A stretch of DNA of 64,000 nt, taken from an uncultured bacterium. GTDB taxonomy: Bacteria > Oederibacteriota > JAAXVQ01. Under the pieces are notes generated by a model, which searched no databases, was not told the DNA's origin, and saw only the letters and a list, made by a program, of their open reading frames with translations. The stretch spans positions 85,218-149,217 of the forward strand of contig CAZSAP010000005.1 in assembly GCA_964604705.1 (NCBI GenBank). Direction: 5' to 3'. Every line of letters starts with the position of its first letter. Position 1 is the stretch's first letter. Made by a program: the position numbers and the translations under genes. Positions 48,170 to 58,883 of the stretch are shown here, piece by piece.

Positions 48170-48547
48170 TTGAAAGCTCTCGGTCGTCACATTCTGCTGG
48201 AGCTTTACGACTGCGACCACGATATTCTAAACGATTCTGAACGAGTCGAGCAAATCATGAAGGACGCAGCACGAGCAGCGAAAGCAACAATTGTAAAGTC
48301 TGTGTTTCATTTTTTTAATCCTCACGGGGTAAGCGGAGTGGTTGTCATTGCCGAATCCCACTTAGCCATCCATACCTGGCCCGAATACGGGTATGCGGCC
48401 GTGGATTTGTTCACATGCGGTGATGAGATTGATCCGTGGATTGCCCACCACTATGTTGCCGAGCATTTGAAAGCCAAGACCAAAACGTCATTGGAAATGC
48501 AGCGGGGAATTCTGAACGTGCCTGTGTTAAAGCACAAGCCATCATAG
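48170..48547 (+). CDS. speD: S-adenosylmethionine decarboxylase proenzyme
   Basis: [52 protein letters not shown] start. Confidence 0.95.
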   Translation: MKALGRHILLELYDCDHDILNDSERVEQIMKDAARAAKATIVKSVFHFFNPHGVSGVVVIAESHLAIHTWPEYGYAAVDLFTCGDEIDPWIAHHYVAEHLKAKTKTSLEMQRGILNVPVLKHKPS

Positions 48548-48662
48548 TACGGGGATGTAGACATTTCGTTGCATCGAGTTAAATAGAATGCAGAACTTGC
48601 CTGGGAAAGCGGGCGGGTTCTGCATTCACTTTTTACGCAGTGAAAGTGGGAGGAACACGTGC

Positions 48663-50210
48663 ATGAACAATTCGCTTGATCAGTATGCCACACCGCTGTT
48701 TGAAGCGGTGATCAATTATGCCCGCGAACATAAGATATCGTTTCACACACCCGGGCATAAACACGGTGTTTCGATTCCCCAGGAGTTTCGTAACTTCGTT
48801 GGAGAACGTATTTTCGATTGCGATTTGACGCTCTTGGAAGAAGTGGATTCCCTGCATGATCCGAGGGGTGTCATCAAAGAGGCGCAGAAGCTGGCGGCTT
48901 CGGCCTATGGCTCGGATTATGCCTTTTTCTTGGTGAACGGAAGTTCGGGCGGGAATCACGCGATGATTCTTTCGGTTTGCGATCCGGGCGACAAGATCAT
49001 TGTTCCGCGCAACGCGCATCGTTCGGTACTGGCTGGGATCATTCTGTCCGGCGCCATTCCGATCTACGTCATGCCGGAACGCAACGATGAGTGGAATCTG
49101 ATGTTGAATGTTACGCCTGAAAGTGTGGCCAGGGCCTTGGAGGAACATCCCGATGCCAAGGCGGTTTTGGTGACCAATCCTACGTACCAGGGCATTGCCA
49201 CGAATTTAAAGGAGATCGCTCGGTTGGCACATAAAGCCGGCGCCTTGATGCTCGTGGATGAAGCCCATGGCCCACATATGAAATTCCATCCCGACCTTCC
49301 GCCCTCGGCCATGTCGTGCGGCGCGGATATCTGTGTTCAGAGCACACACAAAATCATCAGCAGCATGACCCAAGCCTCCATGCTGTTGGTTCGCCGTTCG
49401 GTTGATATACTAAAATTAAAACGTGTCTTGACACTTTTGATGACCACGAGTCCATCGTACATATTGATGGCGTCGTTGGATTTGGCGCGGATGCAGATGG
49501 CCACGCGGGGCAAAGAGTTGCTCTCGGTGGCCATCATGTTGGCCGAGGACGCCCGTCGCAGGATCAACCAGATTTCCGGTCTGTATTGCTTCGGGCGCGA
49601 GTGCATTGGTCAGCCGGGCGCTTTTGGTTTGGACATGACCAAGTTGAGTGTGGATGTGACCGGGTTGGGCTTAACGGGGTATCAAGTTTCTCAAATGCTG
49701 AATCGGAATCATAAGATTCAGGTGGAGTTCGCGGACATAGACACGTTTTTGCTGATTGTCTCCATTGGCAATACCTCGAAGGACATCAACCGCCTCATTG
49801 CGGCCCTGGAAAGCATTGCCGCCGAAGCACCGGGCAGCAGCCGGAATCGAATCCGTCTCCGCCTGCCCAGTGGAACTCCGGAAGTGGTTATGACCCCGCG
49901 CGAGGCCATGTTTGCCCCGACGGTTAAAATTCCCTTGAAAGACGCTGTGGGGGAGGTCAGTGCCGAGGTGTTTTCACCCTACCCTCCAGGCATTCCGTTG
50001 CTCAATCCGGGGGAACGGGTCTCGGCCGATTTGATTGATTACCTTAAAGAACTGCAAGCCCGCGGCGGACGCGTGCAAGGTCAGGCCGATACGAAATTGA
50101 AAACCATCAAGGTGGTGGCACGTCCTGGTTTGGACGTAAAAAAAGTAAATAAAGATGTTGCGCCCGGCTTAGAGAAAAGGGATAATGCCTCCGCTTCTGG
50201 GGGTGTGTGA
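48663..50210 (+). CDS. Orn/Lys/Arg decarboxylase (PLP fold I)
   Basis: SFHTPGHK, FLVNGSSGGN, VPRNAHRS, VDEAHG, QSTHK, TTSPSY, PYPPGIP. Confidence 0.93.
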   Translation: MNNSLDQYATPLFEAVINYAREHKISFHTPGHKHGVSIPQEFRNFVGERIFDCDLTLLEEVDSLHDPRGVIKEAQKLAASAYGSDYAFFLVNGSSGGNHAMILSVCDPGDKIIVPRNAHRSVLAGIILSGAIPIYVMPERNDEWNLMLNVTPESVARALEEHPDAKAVLVTNPTYQGIATNLKEIARLAHKAGALMLVDEAHGPHMKFHPDLPPSAMSCGADICVQSTHKIISSMTQASMLLVRRSVDILKLKRVLTLLMTTSPSYILMASLDLARMQMATRGKELLSVAIMLAEDARRRINQISGLYCFGRECIGQPGAFGLDMTKLSVDVTGLGLTGYQVSQMLNRNHKIQVEFADIDTFLLIVSIGNTSKDINRLIAALESIAAEAPGSSRNRIRLRLPSGTPEVVMTPREAMFAPTVKIPLKDAVGEVSAEVFSPYPPGIPLLNPGERVSADLIDYLKELQARGGRVQGQADTKLKTIKVVARPGLDVKKVNKDVAPGLEKRDNASASGGV

Positions 50211-50274
50211 TCGATGAACACTTTTTGGAAGCGGTAGGAAACACCTTGTGGAAAGGATGTTGGTGTCAAGAAGG

Positions 50275-50640
50275 ATGAAAAAAACCCAGTTGGAATCGCT
50301 TAGGAAGATGTTGCAGGAACAAAAGCAGTCGTTGCTGGAAAAAGTTAAGACCAATGTCACAACGTCGAAAGAAGATCAGCCCAACGAAGTGCGCGATTCC
50401 GCAGATGTGGCTTCGGATTATTACGAACGCGAGTTGGCTTGGGGGCTTTCGGAAACCGAACGCATGCGCTTGCAGGAAGTGGAAGACGCGCTGGATCGAA
50501 TTGAAGACGGCGCCTATGGAAAATGCGAAGGTTGCGGTGAACAGATCGCAGGTCCGCGTTTGGAGGCCCTGCCGTTTGCTAAATTGTGCGTAGGGTGTCA
50601 GTCCAAGGAAGAACAGAACAAGAAAAACAACGGCTTCTAA
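50275..50640 (+). CDS. dksA: DksA/TraR family zinc-finger protein
   Basis: DSADVA (DxxDxA tip), ALDRIEDGAYGKCEGC...RLEALP...CVGC. Confidence 0.88.
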   Translation: MKKTQLESLRKMLQEQKQSLLEKVKTNVTTSKEDQPNEVRDSADVASDYYERELAWGLSETERMRLQEVEDALDRIEDGAYGKCEGCGEQIAGPRLEALPFAKLCVGCQSKEEQNKKNNGF

Positions 50641-50710
50641 TAAGCATTGCCGCCTCGAGTCGGGTAACATGGGTTACACCGAGGTGGACAGTTCATACAC
50701 AGGTAGTTAC

Positions 50711-50757
50711 AAATCCAGCCCTCTAGGCACGATGGTGCACAGGGGGCTGGATTTTTC
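50711..50757 (+). terminator. Hairpin/terminator before gpmI
   Basis: AAATCCAGCCCTCT / AGGGGGCTGGATTT arms, then TTT. Confidence 0.55.
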
Positions 50758-50796
50758 ACAACGGTCCAACCGATTCTGTTTTTAGGAGTGAAGCGT

Positions 50797-52380
50797 ATGT
50801 CTCGTCCCAAACCTGTAATGTTATTGATCATGGATGGCTGGGGAAATAATTCCTGCCAATCGCATAACGCTATTTTTGCGGCTAAAACACCCGAATTCGA
50901 CCGCTTTATGGCAGAAGGCCCGGCAGGATATCTTTCGGCTTCAGGAGAAGCTGTAGGCTTGCCCGCCGGACAGATGGGGAATTCGGAAGTGGGTCACTTG
51001 AACTTGGGTGCCGGTCGAATTGTCTATCAGGAATTCACCCGGGTATCCAAAGCGGTAGCCGATGGCACGTTTTTCCAAAATGTCGAATTTCTAAACGCCA
51101 TCCGGGCGGCCAAGCAAAACGGCAAGGCCTTGCATTTATTGGGGCTGCTTTCCGATGGGGGTGTGCATTCGCACAACACCCATGTGTACGCGCTGTTGAA
51201 ATTGGCCAAGCAAGAAGGCTTGACCAACGTGTTCGTGCATGCGTTGCTTGACGGACGTGACACCCCCCCCGCCTCCGGAGCCGGGTACATGAAGGAACTG
51301 GTTCAAAAACAACAGGAGCTGGGTGTAGGACGCGTGGCTACAGTCGCCGGGCGTTATTACACCATGGATCGTGATCAGCGCTGGGAACGTGTGGAACAAG
51401 GCTATCAGGCCATGGTGGAAGGTGTGGGGGTTCAAGGTAAGGATCCGGTTCAGGTGATTGAAGCGTCTTACCATGCCGGAAAAACCGATGAATTCATGCT
51501 GCCGACAGTCATGGTGGATGCCCAAGGTCAGCCCTTGGCTAAGATCCAAGATGGCGACGCTGTGATCTTTTTTAATTTCAGGGCCGATCGTGCGCGTCAA
51601 ATTGCCCATGCGTTTACGGACAAAGAGTTTTCGGGATTTAAGCGCAAGCCCATGCCAAACTTGCATTTTGTGACCATGACGTTATATGAGGAAAGCATTC
51701 TCGCGGGTGTGGCCTTTAAGCCCACCAGCATGAACAACATCTTGGGCCAGGTGGTTTCTCAAGCCGGGATGCGTCAATTGCGCATTGCTGAAACCGAGAA
51801 ATATGCGCACGTTACCTATTTTTTCAATGGCGGTGAGGAACAGCCGTACGCCCTCGAAGATCGCGCGTTGATTCCTTCCCCTAAGGTGGCTACCTACGAC
51901 TTGAAGCCTTCCATGAGTGCCGAAGAGGTAACGGAGGAAGCTTTGCGCCGCATTGCCAGCGATCAGTACGACTTGATTGTTCTGAATTTTGCCAACGGCG
52001 ATATGGTTGGGCACACAGGTATTTTCTTGGCGGCCGTGGAAGCTGCGGAAATCGTAGACCGCTGTGTCGGCAAAATCGAAAAAGCCGTTATGGCCAAAGG
52101 CGGTGTTTTGCTTATTACGGCCGACCACGGCAATGCTGAAAAGATGAAAGATTACGCCACGGGCAAGCCGCATACGGCGCATACCACGAATCCGGTGCCT
52201 TTGATGATTCGCGGCCTGGGTCAAAAAGTAAACTTGCGTGGGGATGGGATTTTGGCGGATATTGCCCCCACGATTCTGGAATTGTTGGGGTTGCCCAAGC
52301 CGGAAGCCATGACCGGAACCTCCTTGTTGGAGCCCGGCACCACAAATTCGAACGGTTACGACGCAAAGTCAGCGAAATAA
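50797..52380 (+). CDS. gpmI: 2,3-bisphosphoglycerate-independent phosphoglycerate mutase
   Basis: LIMDGWG, GQMGNSEVGH, FNFRADRARQ, AETEKYAHVT, NFANGDMVGHTG, TADHGNAE. Confidence 0.98.
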   Translation: MSRPKPVMLLIMDGWGNNSCQSHNAIFAAKTPEFDRFMAEGPAGYLSASGEAVGLPAGQMGNSEVGHLNLGAGRIVYQEFTRVSKAVADGTFFQNVEFLNAIRAAKQNGKALHLLGLLSDGGVHSHNTHVYALLKLAKQEGLTNVFVHALLDGRDTPPASGAGYMKELVQKQQELGVGRVATVAGRYYTMDRDQRWERVEQGYQAMVEGVGVQGKDPVQVIEASYHAGKTDEFMLPTVMVDAQGQPLAKIQDGDAVIFFNFRADRARQIAHAFTDKEFSGFKRKPMPNLHFVTMTLYEESILAGVAFKPTSMNNILGQVVSQAGMRQLRIAETEKYAHVTYFFNGGEEQPYALEDRALIPSPKVATYDLKPSMSAEEVTEEALRRIASDQYDLIVLNFANGDMVGHTGIFLAAVEAAEIVDRCVGKIEKAVMAKGGVLLITADHGNAEKMKDYATGKPHTAHTTNPVPLMIRGLGQKVNLRGDGILADIAPTILELLGLPKPEAMTGTSLLEPGTTNSNGYDAKSAK

Positions 52381-52473
52381 TCGTCTGGATTGTGAAAAAT
52401 GATTGACGAGACTGCGGGGTTGTGTGAAAATACCCCCCGTTTTTGTAATTTAACCGTTTAGGAGGATTTTCAT

Positions 52474-53469
52474 ATGGCAGTCAAGGTTGGTATCAATGGA
52501 TTTGGCCGTATTGGCCGCAATGTTTTTCGCGCCGCTTTGTTGAACAAGGACATCGACGTGGTAGCCGTCAACGATTTAACGGACGCCAAGACTTTGGCGC
52601 ACCTGCTTAAATATGACTCGGTCTTCGGAACATTCCCGGGCACGGTTGTGGCCGGCGAAGGCGAGATCGTTGTCAACGGCAAGAGCTTAAAGGTTTTGGC
52701 TGAGAAGGATCCGGCAAACTTGCCCTGGAAAGCCTTGGGCGTGGAGATTGCCATTGAATCGACCGGTCGTTTCACGGATAAAGATAAGGCTGAGTTGCAT
52801 ATCAAAGCCGGCGCCAAGAAAGTCATCATCAGCGCCCCGGCCAAGAACGAAGATATCACCATTGTGTTGGGCGTTAACGAAGACAAGTACGACGCCGCAA
52901 AGCACCATGTCATTTCAAACGCCTCCTGCACCACCAATTGCTTGGCTCCGGTAGCCAAGGCCTTGCATGAGAGTTTCACCATTTTGGGTGGGTTCATGAC
53001 CACCATTCACTCGTACACCAATGATCAGGTCATCTTGGACTTCCCGCACAAGGATTTGCGTCGGGCCCGCGCTGGCGCGCTCTCGATGATCCCGACCTCG
53101 ACCGGCGCCGCCAAGGCCATTGGCTTGGTTATGCCTGAGTTGAAGGGCAAGTTGGACGGCTTCTCCATGCGTGTCCCGACCCCGAATGTCTCGGTTGTGG
53201 ACTTGGTTGTCAAGGTTGCCAAACCGGCCACCAAAGAAGAAGTTAACGCGGCCTTGAAGGCAGCGGCGGATAAGAGCTCATACTTGAACTACACCGAGGA
53301 AGAATTGGTCTCCAAGGATTTCAATGGCGACCCGGCTTCCTCCACAATCGATGCCAAGTGCACGTATGTCATTGGCGACCAGATCAAGGTTTTGGCCTGG
53401 TACGACAATGAGACCGGGTACTCGAACCGTGTGGTTGATTTGGTAAATTATATCGCTAAGAAGATGTAA
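52474..53469 (+). CDS. gap: Glyceraldehyde-3-phosphate dehydrogenase type I
   Basis: [32 protein letters not shown]. Confidence 0.99.
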   Translation: MAVKVGINGFGRIGRNVFRAALLNKDIDVVAVNDLTDAKTLAHLLKYDSVFGTFPGTVVAGEGEIVVNGKSLKVLAEKDPANLPWKALGVEIAIESTGRFTDKDKAELHIKAGAKKVIISAPAKNEDITIVLGVNEDKYDAAKHHVISNASCTTNCLAPVAKALHESFTILGGFMTTIHSYTNDQVILDFPHKDLRRARAGALSMIPTSTGAAKAIGLVMPELKGKLDGFSMRVPTPNVSVVDLVVKVAKPATKEEVNAALKAAADKSSYLNYTEEELVSKDFNGDPASSTIDAKCTYVIGDQIKVLAWYDNETGYSNRVVDLVNYIAKKM

Positions 53470-53498
53470 TTGAACGTTTGTTACAAGTGGATAATCAA

Positions 53499-53530
53499 CG
53501 GCGGGAACCGGAAATTTCCGGTTCCCGCTG
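53499..53530. terminator. Hairpin between gap and pgk
   Basis: GCGGGAACCGGAAATTTCCGGTTCCCGC (53501-53528) is a perfect 28-bp palindrome. Confidence 0.6.
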
Positions 53531-53566
53531 TCTTGTTATGACAACGGCTCGGCGGGGAGGACGCTT

Positions 53567-54763
53567 ATGAAAAAAATGACCATCAAAGATCTTAACGTAA
53601 AGGGACAACGGGTTTTGGTACGGGTGGATTTTAATGTGCCTCAGGACGAAACCTTAAAGATCACCGACGATACGCGCATTCGCGCGGCGTTGCCAACCAT
53701 CAACTATTTGCGAGAACAAGGTGCCAAGGTGATCTTGTGCTCCCACCTGGGTCGTCCGAAGGGCGAACCGGGCGATAAAGCGAAATTTTCTTTGGCCCCC
53801 GTGGCCAAGTATTTAGGTGAGCTTCTAAAAACGCAAGTTGTCATGGCTCCGGATGTGGTCGGGCCCGAAGTTGAAAAATTGGCCGCCCAGTTGACCGATG
53901 GCGGCATTTTGATGCTGGAGAACGTGCGTTTTGTTAAAGGGGAAACAAAAAACGATCCTGGTTTTTCCAAGCAATTGGCAGCGCTGGCGGACCTGTATGT
54001 AAACGATGCGTTTGGCTCGGCTCACCGCGCGCATTGCTCAACCGAGGGCGTGGCTCACCTGGTCAAACAAGCGGCAGCCGGCTTTTTGTTGGAAAAAGAA
54101 ATTGAATATTTAGGTAATGCCTTGGCCAATCCAGCGCGCCCCTTTGTGGCGATTCTGGGGGGCGCTAAGGTGTCGGGTAAGTTGGAAGTGATCAAAAGCT
54201 TGCTCCCCAAAGTGGATGTGTTGATCCTGGGCGGAGGCATGGCGTATACCTTTTTAAAAGCCAAGGGCATTGGCATCGGGAAATCATTGTGCGAAGATGA
54301 ATTGATTCCCATGGCCAAAGAGATTCTAAAGCAAACGCTGGATTTGAACAAAGCCTTGTTGCTGCCCATTGATCACGTGGTTGCAGACGATTTCAAAGTG
54401 GACGCCAATATTCAAGTGGTTCCGCGTGGGACCATCGACGAAGGTTGGGAAGGCATGGACATTGGCCCTGAGACCATTAAGAAATTTTCGGCCGCTTTAA
54501 AAAGTGCCAAGACCGTGGTTTGGAACGGTCCCATGGGTGTGTTTGAAATGGAACCGTTTGCGCAAGGGACCAAAGCCATTGCGCAAGTGTTGGCGGAATT
54601 GGATGCCACAACCATTGTGGGCGGTGGTGATTCGGTCGCAGCGGTAACGCAAATGGGCTTGGCTGACAAGATGTCGCATGTGTCCACCGGTGGCGGGGCA
54701 TCTTTGGAATTTTTGGAAGGTAAGGAGCTGCCCGGTGTGGTGGCGCTGACAGATAAGAAGTAA
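53567..54763 (+). CDS. pgk: Phosphoglycerate kinase
   Basis: [47 protein letters not shown]. Confidence 0.99.
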   Translation: MKKMTIKDLNVKGQRVLVRVDFNVPQDETLKITDDTRIRAALPTINYLREQGAKVILCSHLGRPKGEPGDKAKFSLAPVAKYLGELLKTQVVMAPDVVGPEVEKLAAQLTDGGILMLENVRFVKGETKNDPGFSKQLAALADLYVNDAFGSAHRAHCSTEGVAHLVKQAAAGFLLEKEIEYLGNALANPARPFVAILGGAKVSGKLEVIKSLLPKVDVLILGGGMAYTFLKAKGIGIGKSLCEDELIPMAKEILKQTLDLNKALLLPIDHVVADDFKVDANIQVVPRGTIDEGWEGMDIGPETIKKFSAALKSAKTVVWNGPMGVFEMEPFAQGTKAIAQVLAELDATTIVGGGDSVAAVTQMGLADKMSHVSTGGGASLEFLEGKELPGVVALTDKK

Positions 54764-54829
54764 ACTTCCCCCTAACCCCCTCTTTAATAAAAAGGAGGAG
54801 GCCGCTTCGTAAGGGCGGACGGGGGAGTT
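54763..54829. repeat. Composite palindromic intergenic element
   Basis: AACTTCCCCC ... GGGGGAGTT outer arms enclosing CCCCCTCTTT/AAAGGAGG and GCCGC/GGGCGG hairpins. Confidence 0.5.
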
Positions 54830-54870
54830 GATAGTATAGTAATCATTATTAAAAAAAGAGGAAATTACAC

Positions 54871-55620
54871 ATGCGAGTTCCGATCATTGCGGGCAACTGG
54901 AAATTGAATAAAAACCGCGCCGAAGCCGAAAGCTTGGCCAAAGGTGTGGTTGAAGCGGTTAAAGATGCTAAAAATATTGAAGTCTTGCTTTGCCCTGTGT
55001 TCACCTGCTTGGAAACCGTGGCACGCGTTGTCGCGGGAACCAACGTCAAGTTGGGCGCTCAAGATGTGTATTGGGAAGAATCCGGAGCGTTCACCGGTGA
55101 AGTTTCGGCCTCCTTGCTAAAAGATATCGGGTGCACCTACGTGATTGTGGCGCACTCGGAACGGCGTCAGTTTTTCGGCGAGACCAACGAGACTGCGAAC
55201 AAGAAAGTGAAGGCTGTTTTGAAAAACGGCTTGACCCCGATTTTATGCGTGGGTGAGACTTTGGCTGAACGTGAGTCTGGAAAAATGGAAGCCGTGGTTA
55301 CGTCGCACGTGCGCGAAGGTTTAGCTGGTCTTTCGGCCGCTGAACTTGAGACTGTGGTCATTGCTTACGAACCCGTCTGGGCCATTGGTACGGGTAAGAC
55401 CGCCACTCCGCAGCAGGCACAGGACGTGCATGCTTTGATTCGCAGCCTCTTGAAGGAAATCGGTGGCGAGTCTGTGGCCGCCAAAGTCCGCATTCAATAC
55501 GGCGGCAGCGTGAAACCGGACAATGTTAAGGAATTGATGGGACAACCGGATATTGACGGTGCTTTGGTGGGTGGAGCCAGTTTGAAGGCGGATTCGTTTG
55601 CCGCTTTGGTGAAGTTCTAA
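54871..55620 (+). CDS. tpiA: Triosephosphate isomerase
   Basis: IAGNWK, HSERR, AYEPVWAIGTG, YGGSV, ALVGGASL. Confidence 0.99.
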   Translation: MRVPIIAGNWKLNKNRAEAESLAKGVVEAVKDAKNIEVLLCPVFTCLETVARVVAGTNVKLGAQDVYWEESGAFTGEVSASLLKDIGCTYVIVAHSERRQFFGETNETANKKVKAVLKNGLTPILCVGETLAERESGKMEAVVTSHVREGLAGLSAAELETVVIAYEPVWAIGTGKTATPQQAQDVHALIRSLLKEIGGESVAAKVRIQYGGSVKPDNVKELMGQPDIDGALVGGASLKADSFAALVKF

Positions 55621-55649
55621 TTCGCACGAGCAGAAGGTAGGAGGCGCGT

Positions 55650-55985
55650 ATGCTTTCCAGTATTTTGTTGACGTTGCATATTTTGGTTTGTGTGGTTTTG
55701 ATCATTGTGGTATTGCTCCAAGCTGGGAAAGGCTCGAGTGTAGGGCTTTCTTTCGGTGGCGGTGCGTCCCAGACCGTCTTCGGGTCTTCGGGAGGCAAGA
55801 ATTTCTTTGCACGCCTAACGACCGGGTTGGCCATCGTGTTTATGATCACGTCGATTGTGCTCTCGATCGTGTCGTCGCGGTCATCCCAATCGTACCGCGG
55901 AGTTATGCGCCAGTTGCCGGATGTTCCACAGTCGTCGGCACCGGCTCCGGCCAAGGCCCCGTTGGAAGCTCCGGTTTCGAAGTAA
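55650..55985 (+). CDS. secG: Preprotein translocase subunit SecG
   Basis: VVLLQAGKG...FGGGASQTVFGSSG; two TM helices; follows tpiA. Confidence 0.96.
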   Translation: MLSSILLTLHILVCVVLIIVVLLQAGKGSSVGLSFGGGASQTVFGSSGGKNFFARLTTGLAIVFMITSIVLSIVSSRSSQSYRGVMRQLPDVPQSSAPAPAKAPLEAPVSK

Positions 55986-56000
55986 AGGCGGTTTTTAACA

Positions 56001-56029
56001 TTGACAGGTATGGTTGGGAAAGATACAAT
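56001..56029 (+). promoter_or_regulatory. Sigma70 promoter of the yceD-rpmF-plsX-fab operon
   Basis: TTGACA-N17-TACAAT. Confidence 0.75.
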
Positions 56030-56049
56030 TCTGGTTTCCTTTGGCCAAA

Positions 56050-56589
56050 ATGCTCTTAACGTTTAATATTTTGGCTTTAACCGACGACCCCACGGTTATG
56101 ACGGTGGCGGTTCCGGCTCGGGAATTGGATTTAGATTCGGATATGGCCTTGGACGGCCCGGCGCAGGTACGGGTTGAGCTTCAGCGTCTGGGAGAGAAGA
56201 TTCATATCCGGGGAACGTTGGAAGCCAAGGTCCAATTGGCGTGTGCACGCTGTTTAAATGATTTCGTGTACGCGGTAAAGACTGACCTGGACTTGGTGGC
56301 CTTGCCGGCGGACAAAGAAAAACGCCCGTCGAAGGTGATCGAGGATAATCCTGAAGAGGAAGACACCTCGGTCATGGCGTATGAACACGATCAAGTGGAA
56401 CTTTTGCCGGAAATTCGAAGTGCGTTGATTTTGGCTATTCCGATGAAGCCGCTGTGCGAGGAAACCTGTCCGGGATTGTGTCCGGAATGCGGACTGCGCA
56501 TGGACGACACGCATCAGGCGCACGAGGAAGACCGGTCAGACAGTCCGTTTGCGCGAATAAAAAAAATATGGGAAAACCGAGCGAGCTAG
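56050..56589 (+). CDS. yceD: DUF177 / YceD family protein
   Basis: CARCL, LILAIPMKPLCEETCPGLCPECG, SPFA; upstream of rpmF. Confidence 0.93.
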   Translation: MLLTFNILALTDDPTVMTVAVPARELDLDSDMALDGPAQVRVELQRLGEKIHIRGTLEAKVQLACARCLNDFVYAVKTDLDLVALPADKEKRPSKVIEDNPEEEDTSVMAYEHDQVELLPEIRSALILAIPMKPLCEETCPGLCPECGLRMDDTHQAHEEDRSDSPFARIKKIWENRAS

Positions 56590-56638
56590 GCTTTGGTGCC
56601 AATCACGCTAACGGTTGAACTTGTAGGAGGAAACTACC

Positions 56639-56821
56639 ATGGCAAATCCTAAACGCAGATTTTCGAAAGCACGCACGATGAAACGGCGCTCCCAGTGGAA
56701 AATTTCGGGAGTGAACGTCTCGGTGTGTCCGCAATGTCATCAGGTGAAGCAGCCGCACTGCCTTTGCCCGAATTGCGGTTTTTATCGCGGTAAAGAAGTC
56801 GTCAATCCGGAAAACGTTTAA
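56639..56821 (+). CDS. rpmF: 50S ribosomal protein L32
   Basis: MANPKRRFSKAR...CPQC...PHCLCPNCGFYRG. Confidence 0.96.
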   Translation: MANPKRRFSKARTMKRRSQWKISGVNVSVCPQCHQVKQPHCLCPNCGFYRGKEVVNPENV

Positions 56822-56852
56822 TTTAACTAGTCCAAAGGAACGGTGACTTAGC

Positions 56853-57869
56853 GTGCGCATTGCAGTCGATGGAATGGGCGGGGATAAAGGTCCCAGTACA
56901 GTTGTAACCGGAACTGTGGATGCAGTGAACCAAGATCCGGAATTGACGGTTCTGCTGGTGGGTCAGCAGGATGTGTTGAACGCCGAACTCGCCAAAATGA
57001 AATACAATCCGAAGCAGATAGAAGTTCATCACGCTGAGGAAGAAATCACCATGGAGGATCATCCGGCGGTGGTTGTGCGGCAAAAACGGAATTCGTCTTT
57101 GCACGTGGCCAACCGTTTGGTCAAAAATGGTGAGGCGGTGGCTGTATTTACCGCCGGAAATACGGGCGCGGCCATGGCGGTTTCGCTGTTGGTGCTCGGG
57201 CGTATTCCCGGTATCGTGCGGCCGGCGTTGTTGATTGATTTTCCTTCCAATGGGCCTGCGGGATACACCAGCATCATTGACGTGGGCGCCAATGCGGACT
57301 GCAAGCCGAAAATGTTGGCCCAGTTTGCGGTTATGGCGGATATGTATTCGCGTCATGTACGCGGCGTGGCCAATCCTCGGGTGGGGTTGCTTTCTCTAGG
57401 CGAAGAGGACAGCAAGGGCAATGAATTGGTTCATGAAACGCGCGAACTGATGAAAAGCCTTAAGTTAAACTACATTGGCAATGTCGAAGGTCAGGATGTG
57501 GTCAATGGTAAAACCGAAGTCGTTGTCTGCGATGGGTTCACCGGTAATGTTATTTTGAAATTCGGCACCGGTTTGGCCAAGTTGATCGTGGATGCCATCA
57601 AACAAGAAATGGTCAGCAATGGGTGGTTGGCTAAAATTGCCGCCGGCTTCATGCTGCCTGTGATTCGTAAATTTTTCCGTCGCCTTGACTATAAGGAAAC
57701 CGGTGGAGCCCCCTTACTGGGTGTCGCGGGTATTTCTACCATTGGGCATGGAAAATCAGACTCAAAAGCCATCAAAAATGCCATTTTCCAAGCCAAGAAA
57801 TTTGGCGCCAGCAATTTAAACCAACATATTGAAGAAGCATTAAAACAAAACGGGGTTGCCGAGCTGTGA
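56853..57869 (+). CDS. plsX: Phosphate acyltransferase
   Basis: IAVDGMGGD, AGNTGA, DVGAN, GNVEG, VVCDGFTGN, GGAPLLG, HGKS. Confidence 0.97.
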   Translation: MRIAVDGMGGDKGPSTVVTGTVDAVNQDPELTVLLVGQQDVLNAELAKMKYNPKQIEVHHAEEEITMEDHPAVVVRQKRNSSLHVANRLVKNGEAVAVFTAGNTGAAMAVSLLVLGRIPGIVRPALLIDFPSNGPAGYTSIIDVGANADCKPKMLAQFAVMADMYSRHVRGVANPRVGLLSLGEEDSKGNELVHETRELMKSLKLNYIGNVEGQDVVNGKTEVVVCDGFTGNVILKFGTGLAKLIVDAIKQEMVSNGWLAKIAAGFMLPVIRKFFRRLDYKETGGAPLLGVAGISTIGHGKSDSKAIKNAIFQAKKFGASNLNQHIEEALKQNGVAEL

Positions 57870-58855
57870 CCTTGAAACGTCGGGTCGGCATTTCCGGAGT
57901 GGGATTTTATGTTCCTGAACGCGTGGTTACCAACTTTGATTTGGAAAAAAGTTTGGACACCACCGACGAATGGATTCAAACCCGTACAGGTATTCGGGAA
58001 CGGCGCATTGCCGCTCCGGATCAAGCGGCTTCAGATTTGGGCGTTTTGGCAGCCAAGCAAGCCTTGGAGGATGCCAAGCTTTCACCTGAAAAAATAGACA
58101 TGGTGATTGTGGCGACAGCCTCACCGGATATGGTGTTTCCGGCCACAGCCTGCATTATTCAAGATAAAGTCGGTGCGACCAACGCGGGTGCGTTTGATTT
58201 AACGGCTGTTTGTTCGGGCTTTCCGTACGCCTTGACGACAGGGGCTCAGATGATTGCGGCGGGCCAAGCCGAACATGTTTTGGTGGTGGCTACGGAAAAG
58301 TTTTCCAGCCTTTTGGATTGGCAGGATCGCTCCACCTGTGTGTTGATGGGGGACGGAGCCGGCGCCGTTGTGCTTTCCGCGGATACCACGCAAGGTGAGA
58401 TTTTGACCAGCATTCTTGGGGCCGACGGCTCCGGGATTGACCAATTGTGCGTACCGGCCGGTGGTTCAGCCCAGCCTACCTCGCATGAGACGATTGATCA
58501 ACGGCAACATTTCATGAAGATGAACGGACCGGAGATTTACAAATTCGGTGCCAAAATTATCGGGGAATGTGTGGAGCAAGCTCTGGCGAAGGCCAATTTA
58601 ACCGAACATGATTTGGATTTACTGGTGCCACATCAAGCCAACATCCGGATTATTCAATCTGCGGCCAAGCGCTTCAATCTTTCCATGGAAAAAATTGTCG
58701 TTAACATTGATCGTTACAGCAATACCTCGGCCGCCTCAATTCCGATTGCTTTAGCCGAGGCCAAGCAGACCGGGAGGCTTAAACCCGGCATGGTGATTGC
58801 CTTGGTCGGATTTGGCGCGGGGTTGACCTGGGGCTCGGTCTTGATCCGCTGGTAA
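57866..58855 (+). CDS. fabH: 3-oxoacyl-ACP synthase III
   Basis: RTGIRERR, AVCSGF, GDGAGA, PHQAN, NTSAASIP, GFGAGLTWG. Confidence 0.97.
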   Translation: MTLKRRVGISGVGFYVPERVVTNFDLEKSLDTTDEWIQTRTGIRERRIAAPDQAASDLGVLAAKQALEDAKLSPEKIDMVIVATASPDMVFPATACIIQDKVGATNAGAFDLTAVCSGFPYALTTGAQMIAAGQAEHVLVVATEKFSSLLDWQDRSTCVLMGDGAGAVVLSADTTQGEILTSILGADGSGIDQLCVPAGGSAQPTSHETIDQRQHFMKMNGPEIYKFGAKIIGECVEQALAKANLTEHDLDLLVPHQANIRIIQSAAKRFNLSMEKIVVNIDRYSNTSAASIPIALAEAKQTGRLKPGMVIALVGFGAGLTWGSVLIRW

Positions 58856-58883
58856 TACAACGGCGAAAGTGTAAGGAGTATAT

